Part shown: in pieces, positions 39,411 to 48,606 of the stretch | Layout of the letters: every line of letters starts with the position of its first letter | Position numbering within the stretch: position 1 is the first letter of the stretch | The notes under the pieces: generated by a model | Seen by the model: only the letters and a program-made list of their open reading frames with translations | What the model was told of the DNA's origin: nothing | Databases searched by the model: none | Translations under genes and position numbers: made by a program | NCBI GenBank assembly: GCA_049967855.1 | Contig: JBMFRX010000008.1 | Coordinates: 1 to 60,277 of the forward strand | Length of the DNA stretch: 60,277 nucleotides | Reading direction: 5' to 3' | Source: Caldisericaceae bacterium | GTDB lineage: Bacteria; Caldisericota; Caldisericia; Caldisericales; Caldisericaceae

Positions 39411-40569
39411 AACGATGAGGGTTACTGAGAAAGCTATCAAGAACAACCGTCATTGCACCAATAATTCCTTCGTTCTCTCTCAAATTTGACTGAACGATAG
39501 AGATTTTCTTGCCAAACGAGTAGAAAGACCTGCTATCTACAACTTTTTTTATTGGAGTTATGAGAAAGTCTCCAAGGATAGACTGAGGCCCTGAAACGAC
39601 AATTTTTTGAGGAGAAAGAATGTTAACAACGCTCACAAGTACATTGCCAATGAGTTCGGCATGCTCATAGATTATCTGCCTTATTCTTTCGTCACGCCCG
39701 GCAAATGTTTTCACGTCTTCAATCGATTTTATAGAAGGCAGTACCTCCGAGCATTCTTTAATCAAGGAATTCATCCCACCAAAGAGTTCGACACAACCGT
39801 AATTTCCGCAATCACACTTATTTGCCTTTGAGTTCGAAACAGAAATATGCCCTACTTCGCCTGAGACGCCAAAGTTGCCCTGGTAGAGCTTGTTATTCAG
39901 AACTATTCCTGCGCCAATTCCATAACCAAGATGAAGCAGTACAAAATCCTTAACATCACCTGCGCCAAAATATTTCTCACCGAGAGCTTCTCCATTTGCA
40001 TCATTTGCAACAAGCACTGGCAATCGTATCTCTTTCTGAACTGCCTCACCAATACCAAAGTTTGAAATATTATGCAAGTTGGGAATCTTTATCAGAGTCC
40101 TTGTTTCAGGATCAACCATTCCAGGGCAAGTTATCCCAACACCTATAAACTGCTTTTCACCGTAAACCTTAAGCAAATCTTTACCTTTCGAGAAAAGCAA
40201 ATCCAATAATCCCTTTTCGCTTATTGCAGTTGTTGTCTGCACGTGGACTGATTGTATTATTCTTCCTGCAAGTGAAACCACGCTTATATTTAAGTATTGA
40301 TAAGAGATTTCAACTGAAAGTACATAAAGGTTGTTTCCGTTGAATGTTAAAGAGAGTGGTTTTCTTCCAACGCTATTTGTGTTGTAAAGCGACTCCTTAA
40401 CTAAACCTCGCCTTATAAAAGTTGATACAATCCTTGATACTGTGGGCGGTGTTAGGCCTGTTTTCCTTACAATATCTGCACGAGAAATATTTGCCTCTTC
40501 TCTTATCAATCTGATAATTACTGAAGAGTTTTCCTCCTTAAGGTCTTTCTGGTTCTTTCCCTGCATCAT
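39397..40569 (-). CDS. ROK family transcriptional repressor
   Basis: N-terminal HTH ISRADI..TGLT..TVS, GRKP, NDAN, GIGAG, GEVGH, CDCGNYGCVE. Confidence 0.93.
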   Translation of the reverse strand: MMQGKNQKDLKEENSSVIIRLIREEANISRADIVRKTGLTPPTVSRIVSTFIRRGLVKESLYNTNSVGRKPLSLTFNGNNLYVLSVEISYQYLNISVVSLAGRIIQSVHVQTTTAISEKGLLDLLFSKGKDLLKVYGEKQFIGVGITCPGMVDPETRTLIKIPNLHNISNFGIGEAVQKEIRLPVLVANDANGEALGEKYFGAGDVKDFVLLHLGYGIGAGIVLNNKLYQGNFGVSGEVGHISVSNSKANKCDCGNYGCVELFGGMNSLIKECSEVLPSIKSIEDVKTFAGRDERIRQIIYEHAELIGNVLVSVVNILSPQKIVVSGPQSILGDFLITPIKKVVDSRSFYSFGKKISIVQSNLRENEGIIGAMTVVLDSFLSNPHRFITL

Positions 40570-40585
40570 TCTCCTTTCTCACAAA

Positions 40586-40618
40586 GGAGTAAAGGGCGCA
40601 TTTTGCGCCATCTACTCC
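40586..40618 (-). terminator. Intercistronic hairpin between amylopullulanase and ROK genes (weak terminator or stabiliser)
   Basis: ggagta..ggcgca-ttt-tgcgcc..tactcc stem with only a short U run. Confidence 0.5.
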
Positions 40619-40622
40619 AAAT

Positions 40623-43600
40623 CTATGGGAGGTAGTACAGATATGCAATTTTATCTGCAGTCTGTATATTATATTTAAATTTGAATGAAAATGCAATAGC
40701 CTGGAGGGGGATTTTCAAAAAACCGTTTTCTAAGGAACTTCTGATGTCGGAATTACCTGGAACAAGTGGAATTGCAGTACCATTTAGAAGTGCTTTGTTT
40801 TGACCAATCCAGTGCTCATACTTATTTCCCATAAAAACTATGGTTATCTTTTTGGCTGAAGCATCAAATGCGTACGTACCACCAATTGCGGTGATGAGCT
40901 GGTCAAGCGGCACAGAAAGGTCTTTCCATTGTTCAACATACTCTGATTTCAGAGTACCATCTTCAGAGTAAAGAATCTTGACACCATTCCTCAAGAAGTA
41001 ATTTTCATTAAAAGGAATGCCAATAGTAACAGGATAGCTAACTGTAAAGCCGCCATTAATTTTAGCTTCATCACTATTTGTAAGCGTGCCTTCCCCATCA
41101 TACCGTATATCTCCGATAAAGTTTACATTAAATCCATTGGGAACATCTTTGGCAAGTTGTGCCTCTAATGAAATTGCAACACTTTTTCCAGCTTCAATGG
41201 ACCCATTCCATTCAATGTGTTCGGAATTCCTGTTAAGTTTACCTGAAGAAGCGCTCATAGCCTTGATATCAACAAAATTTGGTAAGGCGAGAGTGAATTC
41301 ATTGCCGCTGTTGTCGTTCTGGGTTGCTTTGCCTATGTTCTTAAGATTAAAGACAACGTTGAATTTTGTTTCAGGCGGTGTTATTTTAGGCACCGACAAT
41401 GAGACAGTTCCTACAATTTTGGGGACTTCTTTTGCCTTCTCAAGCGGAAGGAAAGGAATGACCGCCATAGTAGATTTAGTCGAGTCATAACTTGTAAGAA
41501 TCTCTTGCTGAGTTTTTCCTTTCGGCTCAAATATGTCGTAGACCTTCGGGGCTACTCCCGCATTAAGTGCATCAACATTAGCTCCGCCTCCAGCCCACTC
41601 GGATGCGGTTGCATTAACAGCTCTGAAATAACCAGCCCCATAACCATCCTGGCTGCCTGATATAACTGCAACATACGGTTTGTAAGAAGCGTCAATAGTC
41701 AAGTATTTCTTGGGCACACTCACCGTTATAGTAGAACTTGCATCGTCCACCTGTATTCCAAGTTCCCCCTGAACAGATTTCCCATCCGAGAAAGCAATGT
41801 AATTACCATAAGACCAGCCAGCAATCCTCAGGGCAACGTCCCAACTGTGAGCAGGTTCAAATGAAACAATCGGACCTTTTGGGTCAATAGACGTTTTAAG
41901 CCCTCCGTCTTTCAAATCAAAGTAGGCCTCGATAATCTGAAATGACATTCCGCTTGGTCCATTCCAGGGATTTCCGCCAATGCTACCCATCTTGAATCGA
42001 AGAATGTAGTTTTCCCCGCTATCTATCATCAAAAAGGAAACAAGGTCAAATAAGTGCCCTTTCCCCTTAAAAATGTCGTTAAGAGGATAACTATAAGTAC
42101 CAGGGCCATTGTCATCCCCTTCCTCGTCATACAATTCACCAATCACATTGCCAGATATCTTAATCGGAAGTCTTATCTGTATAGGCTGGCTGACTCTTAT
42201 AAGCGCTCCATTGTTAAAAGCGGCAAGTGCAATAAACAGATTGTTCACATCTAATCCAGTAGTATCAATAGTAAAAATGTTTTTGCCACTTGGATAAATT
42301 TCAAAATCTATTGGCATTCCAATGCTCTGAGATTCGTAAGGGAACGGGTCAAATACAAAAGCTTTTGGCTGGGATTCTTCCTTAAAATAAGGATTAATGG
42401 ATTTGCCGTTAAAAACGCCAATGACTGTTCCCTGTGGAACATTCGCAAGCGAAATCTTAAGGACGTTCTTACTATAGATGATAGTTCCAGCTGCTCCAGT
42501 CAACAATAGAGGCAAATTAATACTCTTGTTCTCTGTGAGAGAAACACTTTGCGACGAATAAGGTGCTCCGTCTGGGAAAAAGTTACCAAAAAGATAATTA
42601 GGGACGCTTTCACCCATCAGAGAGTAAGCCTCATTAAGGTATAATTTGAAAAGCCTATCAAAAGAAGGGTCATTTCCTGAGTTTTGGTCAGATCCATACC
42701 ACCAGAACCAGTCGCTTCCTTCAGCCTTCAGGAGGTTATCTTCTATCAGTGACTTAGTATTTGCATCGAGAGACGCTGATTTTTTGTTATACTTATTGAT
42801 TGCGTCTTGCAACCACATCCAGGCAATGTTTTCCTGAGGCTCGCCAATCCAGGTGTCAAGAGTTGGATTAACCCAGCTTGATTCTCCAAATTGCCCGTCA
42901 ATTTCACTCGTGGGCAAATTTGAATAACTATTGACTTTGCTTATATCCTTGCCTTTCAAATTAAGCACTGTCACTTTGTGAGTTTGCACTTCACTTCCAG
43001 TGCCATACTTGCTAATATATTCTGAGGGCGTCAAAATTCTTATTTTGCCCTGTTTCTGCAACTCACTTAACTTGCCGTAAAAACCTTTCAAAAAGTCGTT
43101 GCCATCGTTTTCGTAATATTCCCAGGCATTTTCTCCATCAAGAGCAATCGTATAAACAAGTTTACCGTCGGTATTCTGCTTCTCAAGGTCAAGAAGAGTC
43201 TGCTCAACATCTTTTAAAGATTCATCAACTGACTTGCCTGAATATCTAAAACTGATACCGTCCGACAGGTATTTATCCCTGAAAAACACTGTAACTCCAT
43301 CTACATTGTATGGAACATATTTTTGAAGAGGACTAGCAGAAACATCAATACCGAGCTTGTCAAGATTATCAGAATCTGAAATAGTCCATTTCCATCCATT
43401 CTGAGAGAATATTTTCAGGACTTCGTCATTCAGGGCACACTCTGGAGCCCATACACCACTTGGTTTCGTGCCAAATTCATTTTCAAACAAGCTCAAGCCT
43501 TTTTGAATCTGTTTTGCAAGTTCGTCGTTCAACCCAAAGTCGACAAGAAGAGCAGAAATGGGGTGAGCATACGGAGTTGTTACAAGTTCTATTTGTTTGG

Positions 43601-44327
43601 TATTGAGTAGTTTACTGTAAACTGCAAATACTCCTTTAATTATCGATTCCTGTGTGTCAAGCACGGACTTCTTGTCGCCTTCCGTAAAATGCTCCGAATT
43701 AATAGCTCTGTTATACAATTGTTTAAGTTGAGTATTATTGTTTATGTATTCAGAATCAATCCACAAAAGATTGAACAGTGTTTGAAGGTCAAGGTAATCC
43801 TGGTTTGATAGATAGTTGACAAGCTTGGTCTTGTCAAGAGGAGTTCCATAAAGCTTGAATGCCTCGTCTCTCTTCGAAAGTATGCTGTTAAAAAGAGGAG
43901 TCTTCTTGAGAATATGATCCCAGTTTATGTCAAAAAACCCTCCAGGTATCTGAAGCATTTCAAATTTCTCATCGGTGGTCAACGAAGTTGCTGCTTTGAG
44001 AGAGAGCTGCAAATTTCTGTCAACTGCTCCCTTCTCATAATCTTTCAGCTGCTCTATTAAGCTTCCAGAAAGATTAAAGGTAACCTTCACATCAGGGTAA
44101 TTAGATACAATCTCAGGCATACGTGCATAATCCTTTGCTCCGTGCAAGCGCACCCAGGGGAGTATGTATGTTCCTGAAATAGGATCTTTGTAGTAAGGCT
44201 GATGATTATTCCACACAATTACAACATTTAGAGGTTTTTCTCCTACACTGCAGCCCGTCGCAAGAAAAGGCATAAGAATAGCAATACACACTGCAAAAAT
44301 AATAAAAGTCCTCGCATAGTGCTTCAT
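40623..44327 (-). CDS. GH57 amylopullulanase-like lipoprotein with glucodextranase-type DOMON and C-terminal stalk domain
   Basis: Lipobox LATGC, NHQP, PWVRLH, HPI, WAPE (nucleophile), LDGENAWE (acid/base), AEGSDWFWW, DDNGPGTY.YP. Confidence 0.9.
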   Translation of the reverse strand: MKHYARTFIIFAVCIAILMPFLATGCSVGEKPLNVVIVWNNHQPYYKDPISGTYILPWVRLHGAKDYARMPEIVSNYPDVKVTFNLSGSLIEQLKDYEKGAVDRNLQLSLKAATSLTTDEKFEMLQIPGGFFDINWDHILKKTPLFNSILSKRDEAFKLYGTPLDKTKLVNYLSNQDYLDLQTLFNLLWIDSEYINNNTQLKQLYNRAINSEHFTEGDKKSVLDTQESIIKGVFAVYSKLLNTKQIELVTTPYAHPISALLVDFGLNDELAKQIQKGLSLFENEFGTKPSGVWAPECALNDEVLKIFSQNGWKWTISDSDNLDKLGIDVSASPLQKYVPYNVDGVTVFFRDKYLSDGISFRYSGKSVDESLKDVEQTLLDLEKQNTDGKLVYTIALDGENAWEYYENDGNDFLKGFYGKLSELQKQGKIRILTPSEYISKYGTGSEVQTHKVTVLNLKGKDISKVNSYSNLPTSEIDGQFGESSWVNPTLDTWIGEPQENIAWMWLQDAINKYNKKSASLDANTKSLIEDNLLKAEGSDWFWWYGSDQNSGNDPSFDRLFKLYLNEAYSLMGESVPNYLFGNFFPDGAPYSSQSVSLTENKSINLPLLLTGAAGTIIYSKNVLKISLANVPQGTVIGVFNGKSINPYFKEESQPKAFVFDPFPYESQSIGMPIDFEIYPSGKNIFTIDTTGLDVNNLFIALAAFNNGALIRVSQPIQIRLPIKISGNVIGELYDEEGDDNGPGTYSYPLNDIFKGKGHLFDLVSFLMIDSGENYILRFKMGSIGGNPWNGPSGMSFQIIEAYFDLKDGGLKTSIDPKGPIVSFEPAHSWDVALRIAGWSYGNYIAFSDGKSVQGELGIQVDDASSTITVSVPKKYLTIDASYKPYVAVISGSQDGYGAGYFRAVNATASEWAGGGANVDALNAGVAPKVYDIFEPKGKTQQEILTSYDSTKSTMAVIPFLPLEKAKEVPKIVGTVSLSVPKITPPETKFNVVFNLKNIGKATQNDNSGNEFTLALPNFVDIKAMSASSGKLNRNSEHIEWNGSIEAGKSVAISLEAQLAKDVPNGFNVNFIGDIRYDGEGTLTNSDEAKINGGFTVSYPVTIGIPFNENYFLRNGVKILYSEDGTLKSEYVEQWKDLSVPLDQLITAIGGTYAFDASAKKITIVFMGNKYEHWIGQNKALLNGTAIPLVPGNSDIRSSLENGFLKIPLQAIAFSFKFKYNIQTADKIAYLYYLP

Positions 44328-44343
44328 TCAATTCCTCCTTACG

Positions 44344-44375
44344 TAATTACTTACTTACACTAAATTAATTATACA
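44344..44375 (-). promoter_or_regulatory. -10 box overlapped by an AT-rich palindrome (candidate ROK operator)
   Basis: TAATTAcTT-N10-AAtTAATTA at 44344-44371; minus-strand TATAAT at 44373-44368. Confidence 0.5.
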
Positions 44376-44414
44376 AATAAAACAAAAAATAAAAATCTTT
44401 TCAGCAAAATCTTT

Positions 44415-45554
44415 TTACTCTTCGCTCTGGTGGTCCTCTGCTTGTTTATAGTCTGATTTGAATGCTTGATAGAATTCTTTGAAAGAACCTTCGTCGATTG
44501 ACTTTCTTATATTTAATATAAGCTTCTCTAGGAAAAATAGATTGTGAATTGTTGCAAGCCTCCCAGCGAGATGTTCATTTGCTTTAAAAAGATGGTGCAA
44601 ATACGCCTTGGTGAAATTTCTGCAAGTATAACAGCCACAATCGTCCTCAATTGGAGTAAAATCATCCTTATAGATGTTTTTGGTTATTTTAATCGTCCCG
44701 TACTTTGTAAAAAGAGACCTGTTCCTTGCGATGCGAGTCGGCAAAACACAATCAAACATATCAACCCCCATCCTTACATACTCAAGGATGCTCAAAGGGT
44801 CTCCTACTCCCATAAAATATCTTGGTTTATCACTCGGAAGCAACGGGATGATATAATCAACCATTTCTTCTGTTAAGGCACGCTCTTCGCCAATGCTTAA
44901 GCCGCCAAGAGTTACGCCTGGAAAATCAAGCGCAAGAATTTCTTCTACGCCTCTTTTTCTCAATTCTTTGTAAAAGCCGCCCTGTATCACGCCAAACATT
45001 ATCTGATCTGCCCTTTTATGAGCAGCAAGGCTTCTCCTAGCCCAATCAATAGTTATTTCAAGTTCACGCTCTGTTTCCTCAAACGGTGTAGGATAGGTAC
45101 TGCAGATATCTATCGGTATAGCAATGTCAGAGCCTATCTTTTCCTGAGTCTCGACAACTATCTCAGGAGAAAAAAAGTGTTTTGAACCATCAATAAAAGA
45201 GCGAAATTCAACTCCTTCTTTTGTAATTTTTCTGATATCTTTAAGCGAAAGCACCTGGAAACCGCCACTATCAGTAAGAACTGCCCCATCCCAACTCATA
45301 AACCTGTGTATTCCATTCGCCTTTTCTATTATATCCGACCCAGGTTGCAGGTAGAGATGATAAGTATTTGCAAGAATAATCTTGAAACCGATTTCCTTGA
45401 GCTCGTCTGGAGTGAGCGTTTTGACAGTTGCCTGAGTGCCCACAGGCATAAATACAGGAGTTTCAATTGTTCCATGCGCAGTCTCAAAACGCGTAAGCCG
45501 TGCCTTTGACCAATCATCGTTTTTGATAACTTCAAACTTGATGTCTTTTTTCAT
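44415..45554 (-). CDS. tgt: tRNA-guanine transglycosylase
   Basis: TPVFMPVGT, NTYHL, TDSGGFQV, GVDMFDCV, CGCYTC..H zinc site. Confidence 0.97.
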   Translation of the reverse strand: MKKDIKFEVIKNDDWSKARLTRFETAHGTIETPVFMPVGTQATVKTLTPDELKEIGFKIILANTYHLYLQPGSDIIEKANGIHRFMSWDGAVLTDSGGFQVLSLKDIRKITKEGVEFRSFIDGSKHFFSPEIVVETQEKIGSDIAIPIDICSTYPTPFEETERELEITIDWARRSLAAHKRADQIMFGVIQGGFYKELRKRGVEEILALDFPGVTLGGLSIGEERALTEEMVDYIIPLLPSDKPRYFMGVGDPLSILEYVRMGVDMFDCVLPTRIARNRSLFTKYGTIKITKNIYKDDFTPIEDDCGCYTCRNFTKAYLHHLFKANEHLAGRLATIHNLFFLEKLILNIRKSIDEGSFKEFYQAFKSDYKQAEDHQSEE

Positions 45555-45562
45555 CACACACC

Positions 45563-46594
45563 TCAAATAATGAGCATAGCGTCACCAAAGCTGTAAAAGC
45601 GGTATCTTTCTCTCACGGCGATATCGTAAGCTTCGAGCATGAAATCTTTCTGTGCAAAAGCGGCAACAAGCGCAAGCAATGTCGTGCGAGGAAAATGAAA
45701 ATTCGTAATAAGGCAATCAACTATCTTAAATGGATAGCCTGGTTTTATAAAGAGCCTCGTTGAACCACTCATAGGTTTCAAAATGCCATCTCTTGTAGAG
45801 GCAGTCTCAAGTGTGCGTGCAGCTGTTGTTCCAACTGCAAAAACTCTTCCGTGAGATGCCTTTGCTTTGTTAACGTTGTATGCAGTTTTCTCGGTTATAA
45901 AATACTCTTCTTCATGCATTTTGTGTTTGTCTAAATCGTCTTCTTTAACGGGTTTGAATGTGCCCAAGCCCACGTGCAGAGTTATGTATTCAACTATCAC
46001 GCCTTTATCTTCGAGCTTCTCCAAAAGCGTTTGCGTGAAATGAAGGCCAGCCGTAGGAGATGCCACCGAGCCTTCAAAGTCAGAATAAACTGTTTGATAT
46101 TCTTTATCTGCCAGCAATTTGCCTTTTATGTACGGAGGAAGAGGTGTCTCTCCAAAAGCACTTACAATATTTTCAAAAGGCAGTTCATCTGATTCAAACT
46201 CAATGGTGTTTTCACCGTTCTCGCTTTTTTTAACTACAACGACTGCTATTCTTGGATTTTCGTTTACAACAATCAAATCTCCCACGTGTACTCTTGAATT
46301 AGGATTTGTAAGAGCAGTCCATCTTTTTTCATCTATCTGTTTCAATAGAAAGATTTCCCTTTTGCCGTGAGTCTTCTCGTTAAAGCCAAGCATCCTTGAT
46401 TTTATAACTTTTGAGTTGTTGAGCACAAGAACATCTCCTTTGTTCAGATAACGCTCGACTTCATAAAAAAGCCTGTGCTCTATAGAATGTTTGCTTCTAT
46501 CCAAGACCATCAGCCTCGCATAATCACGCGGGTAAACAGGATGCTGAGCTATGAGCTCTTGAGGCAAATAATAAGAAAACTCATCAATACGCAT
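45563..46594 (-). CDS. queA: S-adenosylmethionine:tRNA ribosyltransferase-isomerase
   Basis: LPQELIAQHP, PLPPYI, SPTAGLHF, LHVGLGTF, TNFH, YRFYSFGDAM. Confidence 0.97.
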   Translation of the reverse strand: MRIDEFSYYLPQELIAQHPVYPRDYARLMVLDRSKHSIEHRLFYEVERYLNKGDVLVLNNSKVIKSRMLGFNEKTHGKREIFLLKQIDEKRWTALTNPNSRVHVGDLIVVNENPRIAVVVVKKSENGENTIEFESDELPFENIVSAFGETPLPPYIKGKLLADKEYQTVYSDFEGSVASPTAGLHFTQTLLEKLEDKGVIVEYITLHVGLGTFKPVKEDDLDKHKMHEEEYFITEKTAYNVNKAKASHGRVFAVGTTAARTLETASTRDGILKPMSGSTRLFIKPGYPFKIVDCLITNFHFPRTTLLALVAAFAQKDFMLEAYDIAVRERYRFYSFGDAMLII

Positions 46595-47304
46595 TAATGG
46601 ATTCCCGAAATAATGTTAGAAACGCCTCGAGTGATTTGCGGGAGTGCCTTCAAGGAGAATGCATAAAAACGGGAATTCAGGATTTCGTTAATAAAAGAGT
46701 TCCCGCTTAAATTGAAAAAACCGAACACATATGCCAATGCCTGAGCTATAATTGCAAGCACTATCGCTGCAAGGACAATCTTGAAAACCCCGCCAAAAAC
46801 AATGTCTATCCAATTCAGAAAAGGACTTACCTTGATAGCACGCCTGATAAAAAGTCCCGCAATTCTCACAATTCCCACAGTAACCATAAAAATGGCTGCA
46901 AACACAATTCCATTTAATAACAGAGATGCAAGTTTAATATCAACAAATGCCTGGATATTCAGGGAATTTGCAGCGAAATCTTTAGTTATGTAATTTTTCA
47001 AGAACGCTGGAAGATTCAAGTTGGCAATAACCTGCAAAAGATTATCCATTGTTGCAGGCAATGCTGACAGATTTTGAGGAATGTGTATCAGGTTACCAAC
47101 AGTTACCGAAAGCTTTTGCACAAGATTAAACTGGCCATCAAGAAAAATAGCAACTTTATCAGTAAATGCCTTTGCGGCAAACCAGCCTCCAACAATGCTT
47201 AAAATGTCGGACAAAAGCAGTATTATGCCGTTACGCATTCCAATGAAGAACTCTATAACAAGTATCAAGAAAACTGCCACATCAATATAATTAGTATTGT
47301 TCAT
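46594..47304 (-). CDS. CvpA family membrane protein
   Basis: NYIDV..G.RNG N-terminus, LNWIDIVFGGVF motif, multi-TM. Confidence 0.75.
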   Translation of the reverse strand: MNNTNYIDVAVFLILVIEFFIGMRNGIILLLSDILSIVGGWFAAKAFTDKVAIFLDGQFNLVQKLSVTVGNLIHIPQNLSALPATMDNLLQVIANLNLPAFLKNYITKDFAANSLNIQAFVDIKLASLLLNGIVFAAIFMVTVGIVRIAGLFIRRAIKVSPFLNWIDIVFGGVFKIVLAAIVLAIIAQALAYVFGFFNLSGNSFINEILNSRFYAFSLKALPQITRGVSNIISGIH

Positions 47305-47422
47305 ACCTGAAATTTTAGCATTTATGAATTATTTTTCAAGAGCCTTATTCAAGAAATGCGAAGCAACTCTTCTAAAACGCTACAATTACTTTTAGAGCAT
47401 TACAAAGTGAGAGGCAAAGAGA

Positions 47423-48034
47423 CTAATCGCTATCGTCTAATATGACTTCAATAGCTGTTTCTACGGCTTTAACCATTGTTTCAAGAGCCATAGATGGCGT
47501 ATTAGGTTTGTTTACAACCTGGCTTTCAAGATACGGCACGTGCATAAAACCCGCCTTTGTGTTAAGATTATATTTGTGAATGTAGTTCAAAATCCCGTAC
47601 ATCAAATGATTGCAGACGAAAGTCCCCGCACTGTTAGATATAGACGCAGGAATGCCATTTTCCTTCAGTTTGTTCAATATCGCATAGAGGGGAATAGTTG
47701 CAAAATACGCCTCTTTGCCAGATGGGTCAATCGGCTCATTAAACGGGCATTGCCCAAGGTTGTCTGGAGTTGTGGTATCGCTTACGTTTATCGCAATCCT
47801 CTCAAGACTTATACTTGAACGCCCTCCTGCCTGCCCAATACTCAAAACTGCAAACGGAGAAAGCTCCCTGACTTTTGCTGTTGCTTCAGCTATTGAAACA
47901 TAGTAAGCCGTCGGCACCTCAAACTTAACGATGCGCACGCCGCCAAAATCATCTTTGATATTCCTTAAAATTTCATAAGAGGGGTTCACTTTCTCCCCTC
48001 CAAATGGCTCAAACCCTGTTAGAAAAAGATTCAT
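47423..48034 (-). CDS. pcp: Pyroglutamyl-peptidase I
   Basis: TGFEPFGG..NPS, ERIAIN, SAGTFVCN, GFMHVP. Confidence 0.96.
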   Translation of the reverse strand: MNLFLTGFEPFGGEKVNPSYEILRNIKDDFGGVRIVKFEVPTAYYVSIAEATAKVRELSPFAVLSIGQAGGRSSISLERIAINVSDTTTPDNLGQCPFNEPIDPSGKEAYFATIPLYAILNKLKENGIPASISNSAGTFVCNHLMYGILNYIHKYNLNTKAGFMHVPYLESQVVNKPNTPSMALETMVKAVETAIEVILDDSD

Positions 48035-48525
48035 TTCTCGTCACCCTTTTTCAGCAGAACAATCTCGCCCCAGATATTTTTCTGCTCCACATAGAGAAAA
48101 CCAAAAGAAGGCTCCCTTGCTGATAAAGCCCCTGGGTTAAAGTAAAGGCTCCCTTCGATTGTTCTATTAACAGAGATATGCGAATGACCAAATACATATG
48201 CATCAAGTTTCCTATCAAATGAAGAAGCTACCCTTTTGTCTATACCCAAAGGGGCACCTACTCCATGAGTCAGTCCGATTTTAAAACCTTCAATTTCAAC
48301 AATTCTTTTTGAGGGCAACTCCAGTTTGAGTTTGGCCTCGTCCATATTCCCGTTTACTGCATAGACCTGTCTTCCAAAACCTCTAATATGCTCAAGCACA
48401 GATGCTCTTGTAAAATCACCAAGGGCAAAAACGACATCCGAAGAAAGAATATATTCTCCAATATCAGGCACAGCTGAAATCCTGTCAGGGCAGTGAATGT
48501 CTGAAACAACAAATATCTTGGTTAT
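48031..48525 (-). CDS. YfcE/Vps29-like metallophosphoesterase (apparent ATA start)
   Basis: SDIH (upstream of the ORF-track GTG), LGD, GNMD, THG, FGHSH, NPG; GAGGAGG 5 nt before ATA 48525. Confidence 0.85.
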   Translation of the reverse strand: MTKIFVVSDIHCPDRISAVPDIGEYILSSDVVFALGDFTRASVLEHIRGFGRQVYAVNGNMDEAKLKLELPSKRIVEIEGFKIGLTHGVGAPLGIDKRVASSFDRKLDAYVFGHSHISVNRTIEGSLYFNPGALSAREPSFGFLYVEQKNIWGEIVLLKKGDEK

Positions 48526-48543
48526 GATTTCCTCCTCATAGGA

Positions 48544-48590
48544 AAGAGAGGCTCACCTCACGAATAAAACTGCAAGGAAAAGCCTCTCTT
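48544..48590 (-). terminator. Long hairpin downstream of the AOR gene
   Basis: aagagaggct...agcctctctt outer stem with an inner G-U-containing stem on the minus strand. Confidence 0.55.
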
Positions 48591-48606
48591 AATTTTCATT
48601 CAAAAT

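Noticed and set aside
47321..47422. preQ1 riboswitch upstream of cvpA-queA-tgt
   Set aside because: Only a weak AT-rich hairpin, no preQ1 consensus, and it lies upstream of the likely promoter
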